Assembly (NCBI GenBank): GCA_964016885.1 | Contig: CAXHJY010000511.1 | Location: 95,909-159,908 of the forward strand | Direction of reading: 5' to 3' | From: Eledone cirrhosa | Lineage: Eukaryota | Length of the DNA stretch: 64,000 nucleotides | In this document: positions 17,331 to 30,889 of the stretch, one piece after another | Position numbering within the stretch: the stretch's first letter is position 1 | Layout: the number at the start of each line of letters is the position of its first letter | Notes under the pieces: generated by a model | Told to the model about the DNA's origin: nothing | What the model saw: the letters and a program-made list of their open reading frames with translations, nothing else | The model's database searches: none | Made by a program: the position numbers and the translations under genes

Positions 17331-17801
17331 GTGTATACATATATATATATATATATATGAATATATCTGTGTGTGTAGTAGAGCAGCTATTCTTTCTTCC
17401 ACTTCATTATGATATATTTCATTATTTCTAAAGAAATCATCATCATCATCATCATCATTGTTCTCACCACCTCCGCCCATGTTTTTCGTGGTCTACCTCT
17501 ACCACGTCTTCCTTCAACTGGCATTTCCTGGCACTTCTTCACCCATCGGTCATCCTCCATGCGCATCACATGTCCATACCACCTCAGTCTCCTCTCCCGT
17601 ACACTACATTCTATCCCTCTGACACAGTTTCTCTCTCAACACATTTATGCTGGGTCGTTCACGCACATTTACACTGCAAATCATTATTATTAATAAAGAA
17701 ATTATTTCTGTTGTCTCTACATGATGTTTACATCTCTCTCTCTCTCGTTATTTACATCTAATACTTCTGTCCCTCCCTCCCACCTTATTTCTCTCTCTCT
17801 T

Positions 17802-17833
<32 letters not shown>

Positions 17834-18629
17834 CCTCTCTCCTCCTTCCCCGCCATCTCTACAATTTAATGTCATATAATCCTTTTAAATCTACCTTTCA
17901 TTTATTGCTTTCATTATTGGCAGTATCGGTAGAGGGTCGGACGCCATGCTTTGACGCATAGAGTTACGGCCCTTGCCATTCTGAGTTCAAATCCCGCCAA
18001 GGTTAACTTTGCTTTTCATCCTTACGGGGTTGATAAAATCAAGTACCAGTCACGCACTGGGGTCGATTTAATCGATTCCCCCCCCCCCCCCAAAAAAAAA
18101 AAATTGCTGGCCTTGTGCCTGTATAAGAAACCATTATTATTATCAGTAGTGGTGGTGGTGGTGGTGGTAGAAGTAGTAGTAGTAATAGTGGTGGTAGTAG
18201 TAGTAGTAATAGTGGTGGTGGTAGTAGTAGTGGCGGTGGTAGGTAGTGATAGTAGTAATAGTGGTGGTGGTAGTAGTAGTGGCGGTGGCGGTGATGGTAG
18301 TAGTAGGAGGAAGACTGGTGGTAGTGGTGGTAGTCTGTATCACTATTATTACAGGAGAGAGATGGGCTCCACCAGGTTTTAAATCCCTCCCACTCTCTCT
18401 ACTTTCTACAAAGAAAAAAAAAAGGACAACCACCAAAAACGTTTGGTTGTGAGGGTATATCTTGTAGATGTGAAGATTTGAAAGGGTTACAGAGATGATA
18501 TAGGGAAGGAATCCTTAGATAAGACTCTTTCCTCATCTAAAATAATCATTATTGTTTCATCATTATCACAATAGTTGGGCAATAGTTTTTGAAGTACAGC
18601 TTTATGGTTGAATGCCATTTTTGATGCTT

Positions 18630-19560
18630 CTTAGTTGCCCCGTATGACACCGAGGGTTTCAGTGTATCGTAAGTCTTTTTAGTTGCCCCTTATGACACCG
18701 AGGGTTTCAGTGTATCGTAAGTCTTTTTAGTTGCCCCTTATGACACCGAGGGTTTCAGTGTATCGTAAGTCTTTTTAGTTGCCCCTTATGACACCGAGGG
18801 TTTCAGTGTATCGTAAGTCTTTTTAGTTGCCCCTTATGACACCGAGGGTTTCAGTGTATCGTAAGTCTTTTTAGTTGCCCCTTATGACACCGAGGGTTTC
18901 AGTGTATCGTAAGTCTTTTTAGTTGCCCCTTATGACACCGAGGGTTAGTGTATCGTAAGTCTTTTTAGTTGCCCCTTATGACACTGAGGTTTACAGTGTA
19001 TCTATTGTAAATCTTTTAGTTGCCCCTTAAGACACTGAGGGTTACAGTGTATCTATTGTAAGTCTTTTTAGTTGCCCCTTATCACACCGAGGTTTACAGT
19101 GTATCTATTGTAAATCTTTTAGTTGCCCCTTAAGACACTGAGGGTTACAGTGTATCTATTGTAAGTCTTTTTAGTTGCCCCTTATCACACCGAGGTTTAC
19201 AGTGTATCTATTGTAAATCTTTTAGTTGCCCCTTAAGACACTGAGGGTTACAGTGTATCTATTGTAAGTCATTTTAGTTGCCCCTTATGACGCCGAGGTT
19301 TACAGTGTATCTATTGTAAATCTTTTAGTTGCCCCTTAAGACACTGAGGGTTACAGTGTATCTATTGTAAGTCTTTTTAGTTGCCCCTTATGACGCCGAG
19401 GTTTACAGTGTATCTATTGTAAATCTTTTAGTTGCCCCTTAAGACACTGAGGGTTACAGTGTATCTATTGTAAGTCTTTTAAGTTGCCCCTTATGTCCTG
19501 AAGTTTACAGTGTATCTATTGTAAGTCTTTTAGTTGCCCCTTATGACACCGAGGGCTGCA
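18630..19560. repeat. 48/52-bp minisatellite
   Basis: tagttgccccttatgacaccgagggtttcagtgtatcgtaagtctttt, changing into alternating ~52-bp variants. Confidence 0.9.
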
Positions 19561-19658
19561 GTCTACCTATTGCAAACACTGGGATACACATGGTATAAAA
19601 TTAATAAATAATCTCTGTAATTAATTAAATTCTATTTTTTTTTCCTTTAATTTCACAG

Positions 19659-19936
19659 ATGTTATTGATATGATTGGCTCCTTGCAACAAATAGAAGTTT
19701 ATTTTTCAAATGAGACAGATTTGAAGAATGATATCCTTTTTCTGTCCAATTTATTTCACAACCCCCGATTCCAAATTGCTGTGAAGATCCACAACAAAGT
19801 CATTGCGTCCTCCAATTATAGATCTGGGTCAAATGCATCTTATCAACATCTACTGAGGATCATGGACATGCAACCTCATTGCTCAGATCCTCTCTCCAGA
19901 GAAATGTTCAGCATCTTTAATAACTTGGATTTTCAG
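19659..19936 (+). CDS. PALS1: PALS1 exon 2 (L27 region)
   Basis: tttcacag|AT GTT ATT GAT ATG continues phase 1 from exon 1. Encodes DILFLSNLFHNPRFQIAVKIHNKV. Ends TTTCAG|gtaagc in phase 0. Confidence 0.9.
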
Positions 19937-21569
19937 GTAAGCACGGCCTTCTCTTAACTGTTAACAACCTGTAATGATTTAACACTAAATATCTAATAAA
20001 ATAAACAGCTTTGTTGATTCACTTGTTTATAGTATCTTTACTAGTGGACAGATTGTTGTGAACATTTACAGTATTAATCCTTAACAGATGTCTTAATAAA
20101 GACTAGGAGTCTCTTGGTCCACAAAAGCAAAAAAACTTTATTGGATGGCTGTTGACTCTCCTGAGTTCCTCCACCCTTTCACAGGTTTTGTTTTTCATCA
20201 CAGGGTACCCAAAATTACCCTCTTCACCAAGTAAGCTTGGAGGGGTTGCCTGTCTAGTTGTCGAAAACCCGACCATGCACAGGTTCTACTGGGTTACATA
20301 TTACCAGTAGTGCTGAAGAGTGACCTGACAATGATGTATATATACTGATGTTACGCAGTAATACAGAAGACTCGAGTTCCCATGGGTACAAGCCGAAGCT
20401 GAAGCATTTAGACAGTATGCCCCCCACTGTAAAGGGGTCGTGTAGGCGTCACGACAAAAAGCACCCAGCCCACACTGTAAAGTGGTCGTGTAGGCGTCAC
20501 AACAAAAAAGCACCCAGCCCACACTGTAAAATGGTCGTGTAGGCGTCACAACAAAAAAGCACCCAGCCCACACTGTAAAGTGGTCGTGTAGGCGTCACAA
20601 CAAAAAAGCATCCAGCCCACACTGTAAAATGGTCGTGTAGGCGTCACAACAAAAAAGCACCCAACCCACACTGTAACATGGATGTGTAGGCGCCACGGTA
20701 AAAAGGCATGCAGTACTCACTATAAATGAGATTGGTGTTAGGAACGGCATCCAGCTGTAGAAATGAAGCCAAAATCAATTCTGTATGAGCAAGACAAGGT
20801 CACCTGATCTGGCATTGCCCACAACAGGACAACCCGTCTAACCCATGCTAGCATGGAAGAATGGACATAAAATGGTGATGATGATGATACACCACAGGTA
20901 AATGCTCACATAGGCATATACACACATAGATATATACACACATACATACACAGTTTAGGTGGCTGAGTATCTAATCTGTAATATAATCCCCAAGTACAAT
21001 CATTATGATAACATAACTTAGCTGGTCTTTTGAATTACACAGACAATGAATATGACAGGCTTCCAGAGTTTCTGTCCACCAAATTTTACTCAAGGGTTGA
21101 GTTGAGTTGGATTTATGGTAGAAACATGTCCAAAATGTCAACACATTATGATCGGTAGAGGGTTGGACGCCATGCTTTGATGCATAGAGTTACGGCCCTT
21201 GCCATTCTGAGTTCAAATACCGCCGAGGTTAACTTTGCCTTTCATCCTTACGGGGTCGATAAAATAAAGTACCAGTAATGCACTGGGGAAATTGCTGGCC
21301 TTGTGCCAAAAGTAGAAACAATTATTATTGAACCTGGATCTCTGGAACTTCTTTACCACTACTTTTACTTCACAGGTGAAAGGAATAGGCATGGAACCTG
21401 TTGTTGGCCAGGCAAACTGAGGCAGACATCTCTCTTTGCTGTTAGAGCTTTGGAAAATATCTAAAAAAGCAGCATGTATGTGTATGCAAGTGTTTGTGTA
21501 TGTATCATCATCATCATCATCATTTAACGTTCACTTTCCCTGCTAGTAAGGGGTCGGATAGGTTTTCAT

Positions 21570-22620
21570 GGATTGTATGTGTGATGTGGGTTTGTATGTA
21601 CGTGTGTAGTTGTGTGGTGTAGTTGTGTGTGTGGTGTGTATGTGGTGTGTATGTGTGTGTGGTGTAGTTGTGTGTGTGGTGTAGTTGTGTGTGTGGTGTA
21701 GTTGTGTGTGTGGTGTGTATGTGTGTAGTGTATTTGTGTGTAGTTGTGTGTGTGGTGTAGTTGTGTGTGTGGTGTGTATGTGTGTAGTGTATTTGTGTGT
21801 GTGGTGTAGTTGTGTGTGTGGTGTGTATGTGTGTAGTGTATTTGTGTGTGTGGTGTCTGCGTGTAGTGTATTTGTGTGTGTAGTGTATTTGTGTGTGTGG
21901 TGTAGTTGTGTGTGTGGTGCAGTTGTGTGTGTGGTGTGTGTGTGTGTGTGTGGTGTAGTTGTGTGTGTGGTGTGTGTGTGTGTGTGGTGTAGTTGTGTGT
22001 GTGTGGTGTAGTTGTGTGTGTGGTGTAGTTGTGTGTGTGGTGTAGTTGTGTGTGTGGTGTAGTTGTGTGTGTGGTGTAGTTGTGTGTGTGGTGTGTGTGT
22101 GTGTGTGTGGTGTAGTTGTGTGTGTGGTGTAGTTGTGTGTGTGGTGTAGTTGTGTGTGTGGTGTAGTTGTGTGTGTGGTGTAGTTGTGTGTGTGGTGTGT
22201 GTGTGTGTGTGGTGTAGTTGTGTGTGTGGTGTGTGTGTGTGTCTGGTGCAGTTGTGTGTGTGGTGCAGTTGTGTGTGTAGTGTAGTTGTGTGTGTGGTGT
22301 AGTTGTGTGTGTAGTGTAGTTGTGTGTGTAGTGTAGTTGTGTGTGTGGTGTAGTTGTGTGTGTAGTGTAGTTGTGTGTGTAGTTGTGTGTGTGGTGTAGT
22401 TGTGTGTGTAGTGTAGTTGTGTGTGTAGTGTAGTTGTGTGTGTAGTGTAGTTGTGTGTGTGGTGTAGTTGTGTGTGTGGTGTAGTTGTGTGTGTAGTGTA
22501 GTTGTGTGTGTAGTGTAGTTGTGTGTGTAGTGTAGTTGTGTGTGTAGTGTAGTTGTGTGTGTGGTGTAGTTGTGTGTGTGGTGTGGTGTGTGTGTGTGTA
22601 GTGTATTTGTGTGTGTTTGT
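21570..22620. repeat. GT-rich ~17-bp repeat
   Basis: Unit tgtagttgtgtgtgtgg. Confidence 0.9.
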
Positions 22621-22654
22621 ATTTCTTCATTCCAACTGTTTCTGCCATTTTCAG

Positions 22655-22792
22655 AATTTACTCAAAGTCCATGACCAACTCGCAGGTGACACAGTATATT
22701 CTGAAGACAAAGAAACAAAAGACTATTCTTTTAAACAGTATGGTGAAGGTGCTGTCCGAATTATTCACTTAGAAAAGACTTCAGAACCACTG
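22655..22792 (+). CDS. PALS1: PALS1 exon 3 (end of L27C, start of PDZ)
   Basis: tttcag|NLLKVHDQLA...VRIIHLEKTSEPL|gtaagt; 138 bp, phase 0/0. Confidence 0.93.
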
Positions 22793-22799
22793 GTAAGTT

Positions 22800-23135
22800 T
22801 CTATCTCTAGTACACACTATACTATAGAACTGGCATAGTGTCTATCTCTAGTACACACTATACTATAGAACTGGCATAGTGTCTATCTCTAGTACACACT
22901 ATACTATACTATAGAACTGGCATAGTGTCTATCTCTAGTACACACTATACTATACTATAGAACTGGCATAGTGTCTATCTCTAGTACACACTATACTATA
23001 CTATAGAACTGGCATAGTGTCTATCTCTAGTACACACTATACTATACTATAGAACTGGCATAGTGTCTATCTCTAGTACACACTATACTATACTATAGAA
23101 CTGGTACAGTGTCTATATGTAGTACACACTACACT
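22800..23135. repeat. 40-45-bp minisatellite next to the exon 3 donor
   Basis: Unit ctatctctagtacacactatactata(ctata)gaactggcatagtgt. Confidence 0.9.
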
Positions 23136-23777
23136 ATGCAGCTGTCATATTACATAGTTTCTGTATAATATTAAACAATAAATGCATCGACCAAGACCCC
23201 ATTGTGTCATAATCTACACCAAAGAGACACATAACCATGACTAACAGATTTGAAAACGCTAGTGTACTATCCTGCCTAACAACCTGAAATCTCTGCTATC
23301 ACCATTAGCCCCCATCCAAACCCACAATTTAATATATAACTCGTTTGTCTAATGTTTAGCACACTTGGAAATATATCTGAAAGGTGTTCGTTTGTGTCAT
23401 TGTTAAGCAAATTTTATTCATGTTTATTTGTGAAGCCTGAAGTTTCAGAAATAGATCTAGATTATTATTATGATGGTGGTGAATTATAAATTATTATTTA
23501 TCATAAGTTAGCAGGTTTTTTTGTAGTAGTCCACACTGTAAAGTGGTCATGTAGGTGTCACGACAAAAAGGTATAGCATAGTATGTTGGTGTATAGTATA
23601 GTGAATAAAAGTATTGTATATATTGGTGTATAGTATAGTATAGGTGTATAATATAGTATAGTGTAGATGTATAGTATATATTGGTGTATAGTATAGTGTA
23701 GGTGTATAGTATAGTATATATTGGTGTATAATATAGTATAGTATAGGTGTATAGTATATATTGATGTATAATATAGT

Positions 23778-24572
23778 GTAATATATAGATATCTTCTGTA
23801 ATACATAGATATCTTCTGTAATATATAGATATCTTCTGTAATATATAGATATCTTCTGTAATATATTGATATCTTCTGTAATATATTGATATCTTCTGTA
23901 ATATATAGATATCTTCTATAATATATAGATATCTTCTGTAATATATAGATATCTTCTGTAATATATAGATATCTTCTGTAATATATAGATATCTTCTGTA
24001 ATACATAGATATCTTCTATAATATATAGATATCTTCTGTAATATATAGATATCTTCTATAATATATAGATATCTTCTGTAATATATAGATATCTTCTATA
24101 ATATATAGATATCTTCTGTAATATATAGATATCTTCTGTAATATATAGATATCTTCTATAATATATAGATATCTTCTGTAATATATAGATATCTTCTGTA
24201 ATATATAGATATCTTCTATAATATATAGATATCTTCTGTAATATATAGATATCTTCTGTAATACATAGATATCTTCTGTAATATATAGATATCTTCTGTA
24301 ATATATAGATATCTTCTGTAATATATAGATATCTTCTGTAATATATAGATATCTTCTCTAATATATAGATATCTTCTCTAATATATAGAGATCTTCTCTA
24401 ATATCTTCTATAATATATAGATATCTTCTATAATATATAGATATCTTCTATAATATATAGAGATCTTCTCTAATATATAGAGATCTTCTATAATATGTAG
24501 ATATCTTCTATAATATGTAGATATCTTCTATAATATGTAGATATCTTCTATAATATATAGATGTCTTCTATA
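23778..24572. repeat. 20-bp minisatellite
   Basis: Unit atatatagatatcttctgta, about 39 copies. Confidence 0.92.
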
Positions 24573-24678
24573 GTGTGTTGGACATATACTATTTAGTTTC
24601 TATGGCTTCTAGTCCAAAGTCTGTCATATCTGTGTTGCTGATATATTTCCATTATATATTCATTACCTTTACTTTCAG

Positions 24679-24754
24679 GGTGCTACTGTCAAAAATGAAG
24701 GCGAATCTGTGATAATTGCACGCATAGTGAAAGGAGGGGTGGCTGACAAAAGTG
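24679..24754 (+). CDS. PALS1: PALS1 exon 4 (PDZ)
   Basis: actttcag|GATVKNEGESVIIARIVKGGVADKS G|gtaaat; joins exon 3 to give the PLGATV PDZ loop. Confidence 0.93.
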
Positions 24755-25023
24755 GTAAATATGTTAATACTATGTTTGTTTGGGTTAGTTTTTGTTCTGT
24801 TAATGTTATAAGTTTATTCATCTATTTACTGGGCAGTGTGAGATCTAACACTGTATATTCCCTTGTGATAGAACACAATCCTGCTCCAAAAGTGTGTGAA
24901 ACTGTGTCTGGTTGGGGACAACTGATGACCAGGGTTTTGTGTTTGTTGTGTTTCCTTGGTTTTGTCTTCCATTAATTTATTGCCTGCATGTCTCAATGAT
25001 ATTGTTCCATTCTGAAATATATA

Positions 25024-25061
<38 letters not shown>

Positions 25062-26204
25062 AATGAAAGGTATAGAAAACATTGTAGCAAAAAGCCAACA
25101 GTATTCCATAATATATATATATTAAATATATAATTAAATTAAATTGTTTAGAACGACAAGTGAATTCATTCTTTTCCTTTTTTTAAATATATATATATTT
25201 TCATAATTCTTCGGCTCTGTTTAATTACATTGAGCTATACCTTTACTGTCATTTCTATAATACGAAGAGGGTGTTTAACTCCAACACACTCTAGTATTTT
25301 AATTCTTATGTATATATATATATATATATTTAAAAAAAGGAAAAGAATGACTTCACTTGTAGTTCTAAACAATTTAATTTAATTTTTTATAATATTATAA
25401 TTTTACAATTTGGTTTTGTAGATCTAGTAAGTACCTTGTTAACTTCGGTGGGGTGATCTTTTAAAGATTCCTGGTTAACTTTCCTGGTGAACTTTCTCAT
25501 ATTCCTTGGAGGGTCATGCTGCCAATAAAAACACACGCACCTGTTAGTTTTCATTTCAATTTAATATAAATTTCCTGTTGGTTGGTTCAATAACCAGATG
25601 GTTGTTTATATATTGTCAAAGCTCTTTTGTCACACATTCTATGACCTCCTCAGTGCCTGCTTTCTTATTTTGTTCCTCCCCTTTGATCTGTCCTACACCA
25701 TCTTGTTTTTGTGTATTGTGTGCTTGGTTTGCACATGTGTTACATCCATGGGTGTGTGTGTTTATTTATGTGTTTATTTACTTGTCACTAGTTGGTTGTT
25801 TGTTCTGTGTGTGTCTGGTTTGTATTGCAGTATCGGTAGAGGGTCGGACGCCATGTTTTGCAGCACAGTTACGTCCCTGTGTGTGTATGTCAGTCTATCT
25901 GTCCATGTGTGTGTGTGTATATATCTGTCTATATGTGTATGTGTGTCTATCTGTCTATATGTGTGTATATTAGTCTACCTGTCTATATATGTATGCGTGT
26001 ATATCAGTCTATATGCGTATGTGTGTCTATCTGTCGATATGTGTGTAAGTGTATACATCATTCTATCTGTCTATATATGTATGTGTGTCTATCTGTCTAT
26101 ATATGTATGTGTGTCTATCTGTCTATATGTGTATGTGTGTCTATCTGTCTATATATGTGTATATCAGTCTATCTGTCTATATATGTGTGTGTGTGTGTGT
26201 CTAT

Positions 26205-27001
26205 CTGGAGGACGAACTGGCCAGTCTGTTCGGTAGGACCTTCTGCCCGGGAACTATGGACAACTTCCAAAAGTCCCTGGCCTGGCAGGACTACCGAGGA
26301 GCTCTACCAGTTCGAGACAAGCTCTACAGACATGGGTGCCAGGGCAGGGACCCTTCGAAAAAGATCTGTCCGACATGCGTGCGAGACGAAGAAACCGTCG
26401 CGCACGCATTCGTACACTGCCCGGGCATTACCGACCTGTGGGGCTATGTAGAACGACTTTTGTCGCGGGTGGGACCAATCCGGTTGACCACCGAGCCCAT
26501 TGTCATGATCAAACCGCCACCCTCCTTCAAAAACGAAGGGGAGGCGGTTTTCCTTTGTGTGATAGCTATGGCGAATGAGGTTGAAAGGGCTGAGGTCGGA
26601 CACCTTTCTCTCCGGCCAACAACTGTTTCGTTTTTTCAAATACCACTTTGGAAGAAGAATCAGGATGGAGAGAGAGAGGTACTGTACCCCAGCAAGGTTT
26701 ATGAAAGGTGGGTGAAAGTGGCGAGAATGGCCCGAGTGAATGGGCCTTCTCTCTATATCAGCCTGTAGGTTGAGGAAAAAGAGGAGGAGAGGAAAGGGGT
26801 ACTCACTCTTTGTACTCCTGGAGATGAGGGTTGCACATTTTTTCAGGGCTATGTGTTACCCATATTTAATGTCTCCCCTTATTGGGGAAAATCGATTAAT
26901 TTTTAAATTGCATTTGTGATATTTTACACGTTTTTATTGTATGTAAACTTCCCCGTTTGTATTTGTCCCCTTCTTTTGTGCCCCTGTGGCTAATAAAGAA
27001 A
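26205..27001 (+). mobile_element. Tx1/L1-like LINE 3' fragment (zf-RVT region)
   Basis: AWQDYRGALPVRDKLYRHG...CPTCVRDEETVAHAFVHCP (CCHC knuckle), degenerate downstream, ending in aataaagaaa. Confidence 0.75.
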
Positions 27002-27506
27002 CATATATATGTATATCAGTCTGTCTATATATGTATATCAGTCTGTCTATATGTGTCTGTATGTAATTCTACAAGAAACAACATGTTTATTAAACCTCCC
27101 AGCAAACTTCTCACTCAATGATATCAAAGTTGTTTTTCTATAATTAACACTTTGCTTGTTTTCCATTATAATTAATCACCAAATCTCTTTTCTTCATAAC
27201 TTCCTGATTTACCTGTCCATCTACCTGTCTCTCTCTCTTCATTTACCTGTCTGTCTGTCTGTCTCTCACTCTCTCTCTCTCCATCTCTCTCCCCATTTAC
27301 CTGTCTGTCTGTCTCTCACTCTCTCTCTCCATCTCTCTCCCCATTTACCTGTCTGTCTGTCTCTCACTCTCTCTCTCCATCTCTCTCCCCATTTACCTGT
27401 CTGTCTGTCTCTCACTCTCTCTCTCCATCTCTCTCTCCATTTACCTGTCTGTCTGTCTGTCTCTCTCTCTCTCCATCTCTCTCTCTCTCCATCTCTCTCC
27501 ATCTAC

Positions 27507-27555
<49 letters not shown>

Positions 27556-27877
27556 TACCTCTCTCTCTCTCTCCATTTGTGGATCTCTGGGCTAACATTT
27601 CCTCTATAATTCTGGTCACCTGTGGAATATCACATTAGAAAGAAAAAGACAGAGAGAGAGAGAGAGACTAACCTTTGTGATGTCACATCCCAGAGAGAGA
27701 GAGAGACTAACCTCTGTGATGTCACATCTCAGAGAGGGAGAGGTGGAGGGAGAGAGAGAGATTAACTATTCTGTTTGATATCACATCACATTGGGTGAAG
27801 AGAGAGAGAGAGAGAGAGACTAATCTGGGAGTGTCTTGCTATTCTAATTTGCATATTTTTGTTTCTCATTAAATCAG

Positions 27878-27963
27878 GCCTTTTACATGAAGGAGATGAA
27901 ATTTTGGAAATTAACCAACACACGATGAAGGGTCAGTCTGTTGATGATGTATCTGAACTAATG
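27878..27963 (+). CDS. PALS1: PALS1 exon 5 (PDZ)
   Basis: aaatcag|GC + LLHEGDEILEINQHTMKGQSVDDVSELM|gtaagg; phase 1/0. Confidence 0.93.
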
Positions 27964-27970
27964 GTAAGGT

Positions 27971-28306
27971 TACCTCCCACATGTTATATGATAAACTCAC
28001 CTCTACGCCTTCCACATGTTATATGATAAACTCACCTCTATACCTCCCACATGTTATATAATAAACTCACGTCTACTCCTCCCACATGTTATATGATAAA
28101 CTCACCTCTATACCTCCCACATGTTGTATGATAAACTCACCCCTATACCTCCCACATGTTATATGATAAACTCACCTCTACACCTCCCACATGTTATATG
28201 ATAAACTCACCTCTATACCTCCCACATGTTATATGATAAACTCACCTCTATACCTCCCACATGTTATATTATAAACTCACCTCTACACCTCCCACATGTT
28301 ATATAT
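27971..28306. repeat. ~37-bp minisatellite next to the exon 5 donor
   Basis: Unit tacctcccacatgttatatgataaactcacctcta. Confidence 0.9.
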
Positions 28307-28913
28307 AAGACTTAGGTTAGACTGGTCATCCATGTTATAAGACATGTGTTGGACTGAGGAAGGAAGGGGTGATAACGTCGACTTAGGGAGGAAGGGGTGG
28401 CAGCGTCCAATATTTGTTACACCTGCGTGTGTCTATATGTATAGCGAATTGGTTGCACACATTGACTGTGTGTTTATCTTTGTATCACTTGTGTAAGTGA
28501 GCGCGAAGGAACCAAACGAACAACTCTTCTTTATATTATGTATAGATATTACAATTAGCATCATTTTAGCTGGCATGGGAGCAGCTAGTCCTATTTCTTC
28601 AATCTATACCAAGATTGCTTATTTAGCTCCTAGAAATAGTTACAGCTTTGATTTCCCTTTGGAATTCTGTGACAAACTCTTTCCTAATTTTTCCTCTATG
28701 TAAGTTTGTATATTTCTTTGTTGTTTTTAATATTCATATATATTTTTTTCTTTTCCTTTGTATAAAATATTTAAGAAATTGGTTTCTGTTAGAAGCTGCT
28801 TTCAGTGGAGCCATTCTTTATTTCATTTTGGTGACTTCTTTGAAGAAGCTGCAAAAGTGTTTGATTAAAATTGAGAGAGATTATTCCTTTTGGTAGTGGC
28901 AGGGTGGTGTATA

Positions 28914-29770
28914 CAGGGTGCGGATGATATTTGTTCGCAAGATGACTGTCTAGGAAAAAATAACACAGTAGTTTTATTTTTTAAGATTTATTTATCAAAC
29001 TTGGGTCAGTTTGTCTTCATGACTTGTTCTTTCCATCTCACTCGATAAACCCACCATTGGCTTTGATGATGGCCTCAAGGCGGCTACAGGCCTTCGTCAC
29101 TGTCCCCCGACTTAGGCCCCTAAAGGCACTTGTGATCCTGGCCTTCAGATCGTCTTTCTTATTGCAGCTAGATCTGTTGGTGTCTCGTTCTACTGCGTCC
29201 CACACAAAGAAGTCGAGGGGGTTGCAATCAGGTGAAGTGTGGTCGACGAAGTTCCCTGACAGCCAGGCTTGGGTATTTCGGCTGGTATGGTAGGGCGGTG
29301 AGTCTTGCTGTCACATGTACAGCCTACCTGCAGCTACCTGGTCGATCCAGGGTTTTACTACCTTGCTCAGAACACGGATGTAGCCATCGGTGTTCAGCTT
29401 GAGGCTGTCGGGAAAGAAGTGAGGTGGCATGACGTCACCTTGACTGCTGACGACACCTAAGACCAATGTTGTCGCTTGGAAACTTTGTCTGCATGACTCT
29501 GGGCATGTCTTTGGATGAGACAGCGAGCCACCTGTTGTTCTGGGAGTTGATCTTCTGGTCTTATTTGTCCTCCCGGCGCGGATTCCAAGAAGAACTCCGT
29601 GTCTCTTCCACAAATTTGGAGGTTTAAAATTATTCATAATCAATTATTCTGAAAATAAATAATGGAAATATAGTCAGTGTTTTTATGAAGACAAGAGTGA
29701 CAACGGAAGTAAAAAAAATTTGCATAAAATTAGCAGTTGAAAATTGCGAACAAATATCATCCACACCCTG
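28914..29770 (-). mobile_element. Internally deleted Tc1/mariner-superfamily DNA transposon (DDxD, maT-like)
   Basis: 27-bp TIRs CAGGGTGCGGATGATATTTGTTCGCAA / TTGCGAACAAATATCATCCACACCCTG with TA on both sides. Minus-strand transposase remnant GVVSSQGDVMPPHFF...*QQDSPPYHTSRNTQAWL...SPDCNPLDFFVW contains a stop. Confidence 0.9.
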
Positions 29771-30495
29771 TATATGTGAGAGGTGGTGTATATATGTGAG
29801 GGGGTGGTGTATATATGTGAGAGGTGGTGTATATATGTGAGGGGTGGTGTATATATGTGAGAGGTGGTGTATATATGTGAGGGGTGGTGTATATATATAT
29901 ATATGTGAGGTGTAGATAATCTATGTGTGTGGGGTGGGACAGTAACATTTTGTTTCACTGTGTTGTATTTTCGATTCTGAAGAAGAAGAATAAAAGTCTG
30001 TATTTTTTATTTAATTACTGTTTGTCTTTTTTCACCTCCATGATGGAATTGGTGAAGTTAATGTTTCATGTGAAGGAGAGAAAGTTGTGTAAAAGACATG
30101 GTTACCAATATTGTTGTTGTTGTTGTTTAGGTTTAGGTCAGCCCTTTTTGAACAAACATATCTTTAGGGGTGTTCCAAATGTGACCATCCTGTCTTTTTA
30201 GGGTTAACTATAACTACATTACATAACATGTCCTTTCTGTTTTTTTTTTTTTTGTTTTTGTTTTTTTGTTGCTTTTAACACCTTATGAAGGTTTAGCCAA
30301 AAATATCTTTTTAAATAATGGGTGTTGCTAATTCAGATCATCATCATCATCATCATTTTACGTCCGCTTTTCCCTGCTTGCAAGGGTTGGACAGGTCCTA
30401 TTCAGCATCTCCCCACTTGTCACGGTCCTTCGGTTGATAAATCATGAAAATTTTCAGTATTAGAAGGAAGACTTTAATTTTTAAGGTGACGTAGT

Positions 30496-30820
30496 TGGCT
30501 TAGTGGTTAGAGCATTGGCCTTGCAATCGAAAGGTTGTGAGTTCAATTCTCAGACCGGGTGATGTGTTGTTTCCTTGAGCAAGACACTTTATTTCACATT
30601 GCTCCAGTTTACTCAGCTGTAGAAATGAGATGATAGGGACTTGGGTCCCTATCATTCCACTGCAAAGTGGACGTGGAGGTGCCACGGCAAAAAAGCATCC
30701 AGCACTCACTGTAAATGAGGTTGGTGTTAGGAAGGGCATCCAGCTGTAGAAATCAAGCCAGAATCAGTTCCCGTCCCACCCTTGCAAGCAGGGAAAGGTG
30801 GACGTAAAATGATAATGATA
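30496..30820 (+). mobile_element. Second SINE-like family with an RTE-like (gat)n tail
   Basis: tRNA-like head ggcttagtggttagagc...gagttcaattc, body, then ttggtgttaggaagggcatccagctgtagaaat...ggacgtaaaatgat. Near-identical inverse copy at 8555-8805. Confidence 0.7.
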
Positions 30821-30889
30821 AATTGGCATAAATTCTATAGAATGTACACAATGCAAATCTTGGGTGCACAAGGGATGTAGTGGGATAGC

